A stretch of 32,000 bases of DNA, from assembly GCA_963718585.1 (NCBI GenBank), contig OY970357.1:1052459-1084458 (forward strand), in the 5' to 3' direction. Made by a program: the position numbers and the translations under genes. The notes beneath the pieces are model-generated. The model made no database searches. It worked only from the letters and a program-made list of their open reading frames with translations, and was not told where the DNA came from. Origin of the DNA: Candidatus Saccharimonadota bacterium (GTDB lineage: Bacteria; Patescibacteriota; Patescibacteriia; 2-12-FULL-60-25). Shown here in pieces: positions 7,705-16,147 of the stretch. Within the stretch, counting starts at the first letter, position 1; every line of letters starts with the position of its first letter.

Positions 7705-10275
7705 GTGAAAACCCGCAACCGGTTGTTTCAGATGATCCTCGCGGTCGCGTGCTTGTTCGTCGCACTGCCCGCCGCGGCTCAGCCGCTGCGGGAGGGCGTC
7801 CAGTACACGGTCGTGAGCCGCATGGGGGACGTGATCCGCGTAAAGATCGCGGAACGCGTCAACATCAACACGCCCGAGTTCGCAAAGGCCTTCGGCACCA
7901 CGCCGGAGGACATTCGCTCGGACAACCCGACCCACACCCTCGCGCTCTGTAAGCGCGTGGGCGATGGGTATCATTGGGCACTACACCCCAAGTCCAACGC
8001 GATCGCGGACATCATCGCCGCACGCGCTTCGAACGCCATCTGGACGACGTGTCCGGAAAACCTCCGATACACGTACATCGTCCCGGGTGAGACGCTGACG
8101 CTCACGCAGGTCCATCATCTCACCTTCGGCGAGAAGCAAGCGATCCTCACGGATCTCGAGTCTCCTGCCTGTCAGGGGGACGCCTCGTGCGTCAACAAAA
8201 ACCTCGCGAAGTTGGGTGTGAAGGTCCAGAGCGGCACTGCACACGCAGCGTCGCCTCAGACCAATGCGCCCGCCGAAACGTCGTCGAAGCCGAGTCCTGC
8301 ACCCGTGGTCCAGTCGCCCGCCGTCCGTCCGTCTGCTCAGACGAACTCGGGGAGACTCAATGTCACGATCCTGGCGTTCATCTGCATCCTCCTTTTGGGA
8401 GGAGTCGTCTACCTATTCGCCCGCGATCGTTCGTTCCAGCGGGAACGAGACAACATCGTGACCCTGAGGGCTCAGATCGACGAGCTTGACGAAGAGAGAG
8501 GGAACCTCTCTCGGAAGTTCGGGCAAGCCCAAGCTGAGAATGTGCAGCACGCCAAGCTGGTGTCGCAGCTCCAGGGAGCGATCGCATCGCTCACCTCCGA
8601 AAAGGAATCTGCCGAGAAGGCCTATGGGTCCGCGGTCGCCACCGCACATCACCACGCGAAGGAGTGTGGTGTCGCGTACGGTCAGACGACCACGGTCGGT
8701 GAAGTCCTTCAGCGCATCCGCGGAAAAAATGACGCAGCTCTCGCGACGGAAACTCGCGAGAAGGAAGAGGTTTTGAACAACCTCGGAAGCGTCAAGCGTG
8801 TCCTCACGGATAGAGACCGTGAGTTGACCGAGGTGCGGAATCATCTCGAAGCAGCGCAAGCGGAGATCGCGAGACTTCAGGCAGACAAGTCCCTGTACGC
8901 CGAACTCGTCCAGCAGAAGACGGCCAACGATCGTCGACTCCTGGAGATCGAGGCGGAACTCGAGCAGGTCGGTGACGACTATCAGGGTAAGCGCGCGGCG
9001 TACGACGCCGAGCAGGCTGACCCCATGGTCCCCCTGACGGTCTCGCGTAGTGAGATCGAGCGGCTCGAACAGCGTCTTCACGTACTCAACACCGAGCGGT
9101 CTGAGCTGTCTGAGCGGATCCCGATCGCACGGAAGGCGCTGCAGGACTGCCATCTTCGTCTGACGGGCATGGCTGCCACCGAAGAGGTGCTGTATGCCGA
9201 GGCGCAGCTTGCCCGCGATGAAGCGGAAAAGATACGCGCCGAAGCCGTCGCACAACGTTCGGTTGCGCATGATCTCCGAGCCTATGTCGAGCGCGGTCGA
9301 GAGCAGTTGAACGCCGATCGTGATGCCAACAAGGCTGAGCGAGCGGAGCTCGACGTGGTCAAAGCGAGCATCAACGACCAACAAGCCGCGATCGGCGAAC
9401 AGCAAGCGGTCATCAAGCGAGAGGGGGCGCAAGTCCACCGCCTGCTTGAGGATACGCTGGAAGCCATCGGCATGCCTCGTGATCTCCCGCTGGAAGGCGT
9501 CGAGAAGCTCGGGGGTCCCAGCGGTCTCATCTTCCTCGCGGGTGAGAAGCTCAAGGAGGGAGAAAAGGAGATCAAGCGCCTCAGCACGGATCTGAATCTC
9601 CTGAACCAGGATCATCAGCATCTGGCGCAGGGTCACCAAACGCTCCAACAGGACATGAAGGCGCTGAAGGGCGACCGCTCGGTCCTCATGGAGACCATCG
9701 ACATCAAGGATGAGAAGCTCGCTGCGCTCGAGCGGCAAAAGGATGAGCTCAAGCAGCGTAATGCTGGGCTCGAGAAGCTCCTGCAGCAGGACGCATCCGT
9801 CGACGAGGATGTCGAGGTCGTCATCCCGCGGGATTCGGTGATCCCACCGGATATCGCGGATCTGGCTGATCAAGAGGCCGGTGTTCCGCCGCGTTCGATC
9901 AGTGAGGTCAAGCGCGTCAACGGCACCGCACTTCACGACGAAGCGCCCACGCAGCCCCTCCAGGAACTCTGGAAGGGGATCCGAAGCGCAAGCGAGGTCC
10001 CCGTAGATGTGATGCTCAAAGTTGCCTCTCGAGAAGACTTTTGGGCATTGCATGGGTTTCTCTTCCGACGTGTGGAGTTCGACGTTCAAGCGATCTGTGA
10101 AGATGAAGAGGGGAACCTCTCCGTAGAGATCGCGGAGATGCTGAAGCTCCAAAAGGTCACGACCCGACTGGGTCGGAGCACGATCGTCGATGTGGAGTGG
10201 TTCGCTCAGACCCTCTCTCCCCAGTACCGACCGGTCACCAACCGAACGTTGGTGCCCACGGGCTTGAGGGGGTAG
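7705..10275 (+). CDS. Bitopic membrane protein: signal peptide, LysM-like ectodomain, Pro/Ala linker, one TM helix, ~600 aa cytoplasmic coiled coil
   Basis: GTG start is preceded by AAGGAGAG. Signal peptide ends ALPAAAQP. The ectodomain contains YTVVSRMGDVIRVKIAERV...DNP. The TM helix is ILAFICILLLGGVVYLFA. Long heptad-rich E/K/Q/L sequence follows. Confidence 0.8.
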   Translation: MKTRNRLFQMILAVACLFVALPAAAQPLREGVQYTVVSRMGDVIRVKIAERVNINTPEFAKAFGTTPEDIRSDNPTHTLALCKRVGDGYHWALHPKSNAIADIIAARASNAIWTTCPENLRYTYIVPGETLTLTQVHHLTFGEKQAILTDLESPACQGDASCVNKNLAKLGVKVQSGTAHAASPQTNAPAETSSKPSPAPVVQSPAVRPSAQTNSGRLNVTILAFICILLLGGVVYLFARDRSFQRERDNIVTLRAQIDELDEERGNLSRKFGQAQAENVQHAKLVSQLQGAIASLTSEKESAEKAYGSAVATAHHHAKECGVAYGQTTTVGEVLQRIRGKNDAALATETREKEEVLNNLGSVKRVLTDRDRELTEVRNHLEAAQAEIARLQADKSLYAELVQQKTANDRRLLEIEAELEQVGDDYQGKRAAYDAEQADPMVPLTVSRSEIERLEQRLHVLNTERSELSERIPIARKALQDCHLRLTGMAATEEVLYAEAQLARDEAEKIRAEAVAQRSVAHDLRAYVERGREQLNADRDANKAERAELDVVKASINDQQAAIGEQQAVIKREGAQVHRLLEDTLEAIGMPRDLPLEGVEKLGGPSGLIFLAGEKLKEGEKEIKRLSTDLNLLNQDHQHLAQGHQTLQQDMKALKGDRSVLMETIDIKDEKLAALERQKDELKQRNAGLEKLLQQDASVDEDVEVVIPRDSVIPPDIADLADQEAGVPPRSISEVKRVNGTALHDEAPTQPLQELWKGIRSASEVPVDVMLKVASREDFWALHGFLFRRVEFDVQAICEDEEGNLSVEIAEMLKLQKVTTRLGRSTIVDVEWFAQTLSPQYRPVTNRTLVPTGLRG

Positions 10276-10326
10276 AAGGGCCTCCAATGGAGGGCCATCC
10301 CTCAACGGACCCCCGCGGTCCACCTC

Positions 10327-10358
10327 ATCCCCGCCGTGAAAACGGCGGGGATTTTCTA
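10327..10358 (+). terminator. Intrinsic terminator
   Basis: ATCCCCGCCG-tgaaaa-CGGCGGGGAT followed by TTTCT. Confidence 0.75.
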
Positions 10359-10369
10359 TATCGCGATGG

Positions 10370-10398
10370 TTGACGGGTTCCGAGATGTTCGGTAAGGT
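10370..10398 (+). promoter_or_regulatory. Promoter of the rpsF-ssb-rpsR operon
   Basis: TTGACG-17 nt-TAAGGT. A ~70-nt GC-rich leader follows, with a CCCGC-ctcgc-GCGGG hairpin. Confidence 0.5.
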
Positions 10399-10468
10399 CG
10401 CGCTACGAATCCTTAACCATGGGTGGCCATACCCGCCTCGCGCGGGTTCCCTGAAAAAGGGACATCCT

Positions 10469-11041
10469 ATGACTATGTCAGAAGAAGACAAGCGGATCCG
10501 GGAGTATGAACTCCTGTACATCATCCCCGCGACGTATACCGACGATGAGATCGGGAACGTCGAAGGTCGGGTGAAAGAGATCCTCGAAAAACACGGTGCA
10601 TCGATCCTTTCCACAGTCCGTCTCGGGAAGTTCCGGTTCGCCTATCCGATCAAGAAGGTGCGGCACGGGCATTACGTGCAGGTTCGGCTCAACGCCGAGT
10701 CGCAGGCTGTGCAGGCCATCGAAGCGGCCCTGCGCATCTCGTCAGAGATCCTGCGCTTCATCTTCGTCCGCGCGGATGAGGTAGGTTCCGCACCGTTCGA
10801 GATGGTGCAGTTCACGGAAGTGAATATCGATGCGCGTGATGATCGCTCGCGTCGGCGTCGTGAAGGCACGACGGACAAGCAGAAGCTGTCAGAGATCAAA
10901 TCCGGTGTTGAGGCCCTCGAGGGCGGACTCAAGCAGGAGGATGATGAAGCATCCACGCCATCCGAGCCAGATAAGAAGGAGATCTCGGACGAGGAGCTGG
11001 AAAAGAAGATCGAGAGCGCCCTCAAAGACGAAAACGCGTAA
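10469..11041 (+). CDS. rpsF: 30S ribosomal protein S6 with an acidic C-terminal extension
   Basis: YELLYIIPATYTDDE...GKFRFAYPIKKVRHGHYV is present. Start moved to the ATG at 10469, because the upstream in-frame part looks non-coding. Confidence 0.9.
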   Translation: MTMSEEDKRIREYELLYIIPATYTDDEIGNVEGRVKEILEKHGASILSTVRLGKFRFAYPIKKVRHGHYVQVRLNAESQAVQAIEAALRISSEILRFIFVRADEVGSAPFEMVQFTEVNIDARDDRSRRRREGTTDKQKLSEIKSGVEALEGGLKQEDDEASTPSEPDKKEISDEELEKKIESALKDENA

Positions 11042-11071
11042 TCCAAAGAGAACGTTTCAACTGCACTATCT

Positions 11072-11518
11072 ATGAACCTCAATCGCGCCATGATCATCGG
11101 GAATCTCACGCGGGATCCCGAAGCTCGGACCACGACGAGCGGACAGTCGGTCTGCAACTTCAGCGTCGCTACGTCATCTCAATGGACGGACGCACAAGGT
11201 CAGCGTCAGGAACGGACGGAGTATCATCCGATCGTGGCGTGGGGGAAGCTCGCAGATATCTGCAGTCAGTATCTTGCAAAAGGCCGAAAGGTCTATATCG
11301 AAGGCCGTCTGCAGACGCGCGAATGGGAAGGTCAGGATGGCAGCAAGCGTCAGCGGACGGAGATCGTCGCGGAGAACATGATCATGTTGAGTCCGCCTCC
11401 TCAGGGTGGCGCATCGACCTCATCGAGCGGAGGACCATCGACCTCTGCCCCGTCCATGCCAAAGGTGGATCAGGGGATGGGGGACAATGAGATCCGCGTC
11501 GAAGACATCCCATTCTAA
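11072..11518 (+). CDS. ssb: Single-stranded DNA-binding protein
   Basis: OB-fold signature (MNLNRAMIIGNLTRDPE...YIEGRLQTREWE), Gly/Ser-rich linker and a C-terminal DIPF tip. Confidence 0.93.
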   Translation: MNLNRAMIIGNLTRDPEARTTTSGQSVCNFSVATSSQWTDAQGQRQERTEYHPIVAWGKLADICSQYLAKGRKVYIEGRLQTREWEGQDGSKRQRTEIVAENMIMLSPPPQGGASTSSSGGPSTSAPSMPKVDQGMGDNEIRVEDIPF

Positions 11519-11608
11519 CTTGTAGATTCCAGAACCTAACTACTCACCATCCGGTTGTACCGATCCCTCCCCGCCCTTCGCGAAGAGCGGGGTTAGAACC
11601 ATAAACCT

Positions 11609-11842
11609 ATGAGAGCACGATCACGTAAGACCAAGATCATCCGTACGGAATGTCTGTTCTGTAAGTCAAACGCCAAGATCATCGATTATAAGGACACCAA
11701 CATGTTGCGCCGATACCTGTCTTCATTCGGGAAGATCGTGTCGCGCAAGCGGTCCGGGACCTGTGCGTGGCACCAGCGGAAACTCGCGAACGCCATCAAA
11801 CGCGCACGGTTCATGGGCCTGCTGCCGTACCTGGTCCAGTAA
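11609..11842 (+). CDS. rpsR: 30S ribosomal protein S18
   Basis: IDYKDTNMLRRYLSSFGKIVSRKRSGTCAWHQRKLANAIKRARFMGLLPY. Confidence 0.93.
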   Translation: MRARSRKTKIIRTECLFCKSNAKIIDYKDTNMLRRYLSSFGKIVSRKRSGTCAWHQRKLANAIKRARFMGLLPYLVQ

Positions 11843-11854
11843 GGATAAAACCGT

Positions 11855-11958
11855 TGAAACATCTTCGTCTGCATTGTTGCGGGGCCCTGCCGGCTCGTCA
11901 GCGTACCTCACAGTACGCCTCCCTCGCCGGCCTCCCGCGCCTCGCAGACGAAGCGTTT
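11855..11958 (+). repeat. Copy C of the rod-like hairpin element, probably also the rpsR terminator
   Basis: Stems GAAAC..CTTCGTCTGC / GCAGACGAAG..GTTTC, GCCGGC/GCCGGC, GCGTAC-ctcaca-GTACGC. Followed by GACGGTTTTTGTGTTTG. Confidence 0.55.
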
Positions 11959-11997
11959 CGACGGTTTTTGTGTTTGAAGGTATCGTCCCAAGTGATA

Positions 11998-12977
11998 TGG
12001 ATCTCCAAACGTTGAGCACGCGCTCTCGGATCATCCGGCTCATCCGCCGGTGGTTCGACGAACACGGATTCACGGAGATGCACACGCCGCGGCTCGTCGG
12101 TCTCCCGGGACAAGAGCCGTATCTCGAACCGTTTTGGACAGAGGTGAGCGAAGCGAACGGGACGAAACATCCCGCAGCCCTCATCACCTCGCCCGAGTAC
12201 GCGATGAAGCGGATCCTCGCCGAAGGGTTCGATAAGATCTACGACCTCGGCCCGTGCTTCCGCAATGATGAACCGTGGGACGGCACACATGATCCGGAAT
12301 TTTTACTGCTCGAATGGTATCGCCGCGACGCGGGTCTTGCGGATCTCATGCGCGACACGGAAGAGATGATCCGCTGGGTCGCAGCTCAACTTCCCACTAT
12401 GCGATTCTCATTTCCATCGGCTCCCTTTCGCCGCTTTACGGTCGAAGAGGCATGGCGCCAGGTTGCGCACATCGAGATCGCGCCGCTCCTTGGCGATCGC
12501 GAAGCCTTGGTGCGCGTCTGCCGCGACCGTGGACAGACCGTTTCGGAGACGGATTCGTGGGACGATCTGTATTTCAAGATCTTCCTTTCCGAGATCGAGC
12601 CGAAGATCGGCGAGGAGCCGACGTTCTTGACCCGCTATCCCGCATCACAGGCCGCACTCGCTCGTCGTTCGGTGGACGATCCACGTTGGGCGGACCGGGT
12701 CGAGCTGTATATCGGCGGACTTGAGCTGGCGAACGGTTTTGCAGAACTATCGGATGTGGATGAACAACGGAAACGGTTCGAGGAGGAACGCTCCACGCGC
12801 GCTTCACTCGGCAAACAGACCTGGCCGCTCGACGAACGCTTTCTTACCACGCTGCCGAAGATGGGCGATGCAGCCGGCATCGCCTTTGGCGTCGACCGGT
12901 TCGTCATGCTGCTGGAAGGTGCGTCGCGCATCGCAGACATTCTTCCCTCAACCCCGCAGGAGCGCTTTCTGCATTGA
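11998..12977 (+). CDS. epmA: EF-P lysine-lysyltransferase (truncated class II LysRS paralog, PoxA/GenX)
   Basis: About 326 aa from the ATG at 11998. Shows class II core motifs (FTEMHTPRLV; FRNDEP..THDPEFLLLEWY; GIAFGVDRFVMLL) and has no anticodon-binding domain. Confidence 0.85.
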
Positions 12978-13017
12978 CAAACACGACCGTCCAACGCAAG
13001 GTCGCATCCGTGAAAGG

Positions 13018-13446
13018 ATGGTGATGGATCCGTTCATTCTCGATCGTCTCAGGTTCTCGATCTCATTGGCGCTACGCCTCGACGATGGACCGGTGATCCG
13101 GTTCGCACCGTGGGTCCGGCAACAGGCGTACCCGTCTCTCTATCCAGGCGTCGATCTGATCGATGTTTGCACGATCACGTTCCGTGCGAGTGTCCAGACA
13201 GATGACGTACGATCCTTTGCAGAGACGATGGGAGCCCGACTTCCCTCGCTCCGCGAGCTCGTTGCGTATGGCCGCATCCGACACACCCGCATAGGCGTTG
13301 CACCGATCGTCGCGATCGGGCCACTCTTTGAGAAGTCATCTGCGCTCTTTCTCCGTCGGACGCATCGCGACCTCCACTGTTCCGCCGCGTGGGGTAAGCC
13401 CTATTGGTCTCCCGATTGTCAGTTTCTTCTGCTCGCCCCCGTCTGA
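13018..13446 (+). CDS. Hypothetical protein (~142 aa) between epmA and efp
   Basis: ATG at 13018 (or 13024) sits behind GAAAGGA. The ORF ends inside a strong + strand terminator. I recognise no motif. Confidence 0.5.
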   Translation: MVMDPFILDRLRFSISLALRLDDGPVIRFAPWVRQQAYPSLYPGVDLIDVCTITFRASVQTDDVRSFAETMGARLPSLRELVAYGRIRHTRIGVAPIVAIGPLFEKSSALFLRRTHRDLHCSAAWGKPYWSPDCQFLLLAPV

Positions 13447-13465
13447 CGGGGGCTTTTCGTTTCTT
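13435..13465 (+). terminator. Intrinsic terminator
   Basis: GCCCCCGT-ctg-ACGGGGGC followed by TTTTCGTTTCTT. Confidence 0.75.
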
Positions 13466-13492
13466 GACGCACGACCGTTTTTCCCGCATAGT
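13464..13492 (+). promoter_or_regulatory. Possible efp promoter
   Basis: TTGACG-17 nt-CATAGT, 12 nt before the ATG. Confidence 0.35.
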
Positions 13493-13504
13493 CTGGCCAC
13501 ATTT

Positions 13505-14065
13505 ATGGCATCCCCAAGCGAGATCAAAAAAGGCGTCGTCATCTTTCAGAACGGCGATCCCTGGGTCGTGACCGAATTCCAGCACGTGAACCCGGGCAAA
13601 GGTGCGGCCTTCGTGCGGACGCGTATCAAGAATGCGAAGACCGGCAAAACGCTGGAAGCGACATATAAGATGTCCGAAACGATCGACCTCGTCGAACTCG
13701 AGCATCGGAACATGCAGTATCTATTCCATGACGCGACCGGGTATACGTTCATGGACACGAAGACGTATGAACAGGTGACCATGCCGGATAGTGAGGTCGG
13801 GGATCAGGCGAAATATCTCATGGAAAGTCTTGAACTCATGGTCGACTTGTATGAGGGGAAGCCCATCGCCTTGCAGCTTCCGCGGAAGATGACCTTCAAG
13901 ATCACGGAGACCATGCCAGCGGTCAAAGGCGACACGGCGAGCGGCAATGTCACGAAGGAGGCGAAAGTGGATGCCGGCTTCATCGTGCATGTCCCGATCT
14001 TCGTGAAAGAAGGCGACAATGTCGTCGTGAATACGGACACGGGCGACTATGTAGAGCGCGCCTAG
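13505..14065 (+). CDS. efp: Translation elongation factor P
   Basis: ASPSEIKKGVVIFQNGDPWVVTEFQHVNPGKGAAFVRTRIKN with the modifiable Lys in PGKG. Three-domain length of 186 aa. Confidence 0.95.
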   Translation: MASPSEIKKGVVIFQNGDPWVVTEFQHVNPGKGAAFVRTRIKNAKTGKTLEATYKMSETIDLVELEHRNMQYLFHDATGYTFMDTKTYEQVTMPDSEVGDQAKYLMESLELMVDLYEGKPIALQLPRKMTFKITETMPAVKGDTASGNVTKEAKVDAGFIVHVPIFVKEGDNVVVNTDTGDYVERA

Positions 14066-14250
14066 CGCGGACCTTGGGACCCTGCCCTGAGCGGACGTAG
14101 TGAGTCGAAGGGTGGAGCGCGCATAGCGTATAAATTCTTTCGGTTGGATCGCAGAGGAGCGGCGCAGCCGCTCCTTGACGTAAGGGTCGATCCGTGATTG
14201 GATCGAACATCGTCCATTCGGCGATGCGTTCTTTTAACCAAGGAGTAAAC

Positions 14251-15039
14251 ATGGCTCTAGAGATCTCGCTGACGGCGCAAGAGCTGGAAGCACTCGTCCT
14301 CGCATACTTCCACGACATTGAGGCGAAGACGAAACGGGAGACCGGCCTTTTTCTCGCATCCATCGGTGAGACATCTGTAGAGGAAGAGGATCTTCCACCG
14401 AACGTTTACCTGAGGGATGCGACCAATCGCCTGGAAGCTCGGCGGGTCGCTGCGTTCATCCTGACAGGTGTCCGGCCTGTCGAACCCTATACCAAGGATC
14501 CAGGGTTCGCCGCGCTGCTCCCGACCTTCCTGAAAGAGGTCGAAAAGATCGAGGGGCGTCCGTTGTCAGAAGAGGACTGCGAAGCGATCGCGAAAACGAG
14601 GACGGAATCGCATACGGGGTTGTTGTCCCTATGCGACGCCGCATATCCGTTCGCTGAAGGTCGGTATGAAATGTACCGGCGGTGGGTATCGACGGTCTGC
14701 GAGGTCGCAACGCAACGCGGCATCCGTCCCCTCGATGTGGTCGTCACAAGAGAGCTTCAGGATGAGACCGTACGGCGCCTGTGGAGCAAGGAGGTGTACC
14801 TGCGTAACGGTGAGGCCATGCTGATGAGACTCTACGGTGATGATGTCTTTGTCGAGAATGTTTTGGCGCAAGTCCGGCCCCTTTTTGACTTCGAAGATCT
14901 CGATGAAGAAGCGCGCCACCAGGCCGAAGCGGAGGTGCTCGAAGAGGTCGGCAAACCCTTGCGCGAACGAGGCGCCAAGGCGCGTGCGTTCTACCTGGAT
15001 CATCTTCGGAAGGAGGCTGACCGTATCTACGGAGCCTGA
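14251..15039 (+). CDS. Hypothetical protein (262 aa)
   Basis: ATG at 14251 is preceded by AAGGAG. Followed by a strong terminator. No motif recognised. Confidence 0.7.
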   Translation: MALEISLTAQELEALVLAYFHDIEAKTKRETGLFLASIGETSVEEEDLPPNVYLRDATNRLEARRVAAFILTGVRPVEPYTKDPGFAALLPTFLKEVEKIEGRPLSEEDCEAIAKTRTESHTGLLSLCDAAYPFAEGRYEMYRRWVSTVCEVATQRGIRPLDVVVTRELQDETVRRLWSKEVYLRNGEAMLMRLYGDDVFVENVLAQVRPLFDFEDLDEEARHQAEAEVLEEVGKPLRERGAKARAFYLDHLRKEADRIYGA

Positions 15040-15056
15040 ACAGTGGTTCCGTTCTT

Positions 15057-15105
15057 CCTCCCGTACATCCGGACTCGCGGATCCCTGCGGGAGGTTTTTT
15101 TCTTT
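15057..15105 (+). terminator. Intrinsic terminator
   Basis: CCTCCCG...CGGGAGG with inner ATCCG/CGGAT, then TTTTTTTCTTTT. Confidence 0.8.
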
Positions 15106-15186
15106 TGGCGCATTGCCCTTCAAACGCACGAAGTTCCTATCAGGAATGAAAGACATCCTCCGTACGGAGGGTGTGCGTCTCAAGGG

Positions 15187-15215
15187 TTGACGGGTCGCCG
15201 GCGCTTCTCTAGGAT
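15187..15215 (+). promoter_or_regulatory. Promoter of the aldolase / di-iron enzyme operon
   Basis: TTGACG-17 nt-TAGGAT. A 14-bp perfect palindrome (CCTCCGTACGGAGG) lies at 15157-15170, just upstream. Confidence 0.55.
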
Positions 15216-15250
15216 GCCGCGGTACGTTGTTCTTTTGAGAGGAGTATTCC

Positions 15251-16147
15251 ATGAGGTCAGGCACTGCAAGAGGCATCATCGTTCCGACGATCACGGTCTT
15301 CAAGGAAGATACGGAACAAAGCATCGACGAACACGCGACGGCAGAACATATCGATTGGCTCATCCGGAACGGCGTGGATGCCATCATCCCCGCTGGGAGC
15401 TCCGGAGAGTTCCCCTCGCTCACCACGGAGGAATCGAAGCGGCTGTTCCATTTGGCCGTCAACGTGGCTGCGAGGCGCGTGCCGGTCTATCCGGCGACGT
15501 GCCGCTACGCGACGCGCGACGTGCTCGAGCTCGTGAGAGCTGCGGAGGGGATCCATGCAGATGGCGTGATGGTCATCACGCCGTACTACATGATGCCCGG
15601 ACGTACGGAGGTCATGGAGCATTTCCGCGAGGTCCGAGGTCACACGGAGCTCCCGATCATCCTCTACAACAATCCGGCGACCACGGGCGTGGAGGTCTCG
15701 CACGACGATATCGTCACCCTCATCGATGAAGGTGTCGTGGATGCCGTCAAATCGTCACAAGGTGAGATCGACCCGACGCTCAAGCTCAAGTCCGCACGGC
15801 CGGACATCCGTTCATACTACGGTCATGACGTCGCCGCGGACCGTGCGCTTCGTCACGGCGCCGACGGGTGGGTGTCGCTGTTCCCGAATGTGTTCCCGCA
15901 GCTCGCGAAATGCCTTCAGGTCGAAGCCGTGGACAAAGCGGGGATGATGGGGGAGCTTCTGCTGCCCTGTATCCAGTTCGTCTGGGGCGGAAGCGCGCAT
16001 CCGGTCGCCATCGTGAAGGCCGCGCTCGAGATCCAGGGACGGAAGGCCGGCCGGCCACGCCGACCGCTGCAGGGTCTTTCGAAGGACGCGTATGCGAAGT
16101 TGGAGACCTTGATCCAGGAGCTCATGTCGAAGGCAGGTGACGCATGA
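15251..16147 (+). CDS. Dihydrodipicolinate synthase / N-acetylneuraminate lyase family class I aldolase
   Basis: Shows GSSGE (the GTTGE equivalent), ILYNNPATTG (the catalytic Tyr region) and the Schiff-base lysine context (DAVKSSQG). GAGAGGAG precedes the ATG. Confidence 0.85.
   Translation: MRSGTARGIIVPTITVFKEDTEQSIDEHATAEHIDWLIRNGVDAIIPAGSSGEFPSLTTEESKRLFHLAVNVAARRVPVYPATCRYATRDVLELVRAAEGIHADGVMVITPYYMMPGRTEVMEHFREVRGHTELPIILYNNPATTGVEVSHDDIVTLIDEGVVDAVKSSQGEIDPTLKLKSARPDIRSYYGHDVAADRALRHGADGWVSLFPNVFPQLAKCLQVEAVDKAGMMGELLLPCIQFVWGGSAHPVAIVKAALEIQGRKAGRPRRPLQGLSKDAYAKLETLIQELMSKAGDA

Noticed and set aside
8413-10614. 733-aa ORF on the minus strand, the second-longest ORF in the track
   Set aside because: It is entirely antisense to the 856-aa coiled-coil gene, which has an SD, signal peptide, TM helix and heptad periodicity. 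Its own translation is Arg/Leu/Ser-rich with no recognisable domain. That is the typical shadow ORF of a GC-rich gene. It also runs across the S6 promoter and start.
11763-11997. N-terminal 78-codon extension of the epmA ORF starting at 11763
   Set aside because: The extension overlaps the 3' end of rpsR and runs through the hairpin element and T-run. The EpmA homology begins at the ATG at 11998 (MDLQTLSTRSRIIRLIRRWF), giving the expected ~325-aa length.
12721-13017. Upstream part of the 241-aa ORF 12721-13446
   Set aside because: It overlaps the last 85 codons of epmA in another frame. Only the part after the epmA stop (from the ATG at 13018) is plausible as an independent gene.
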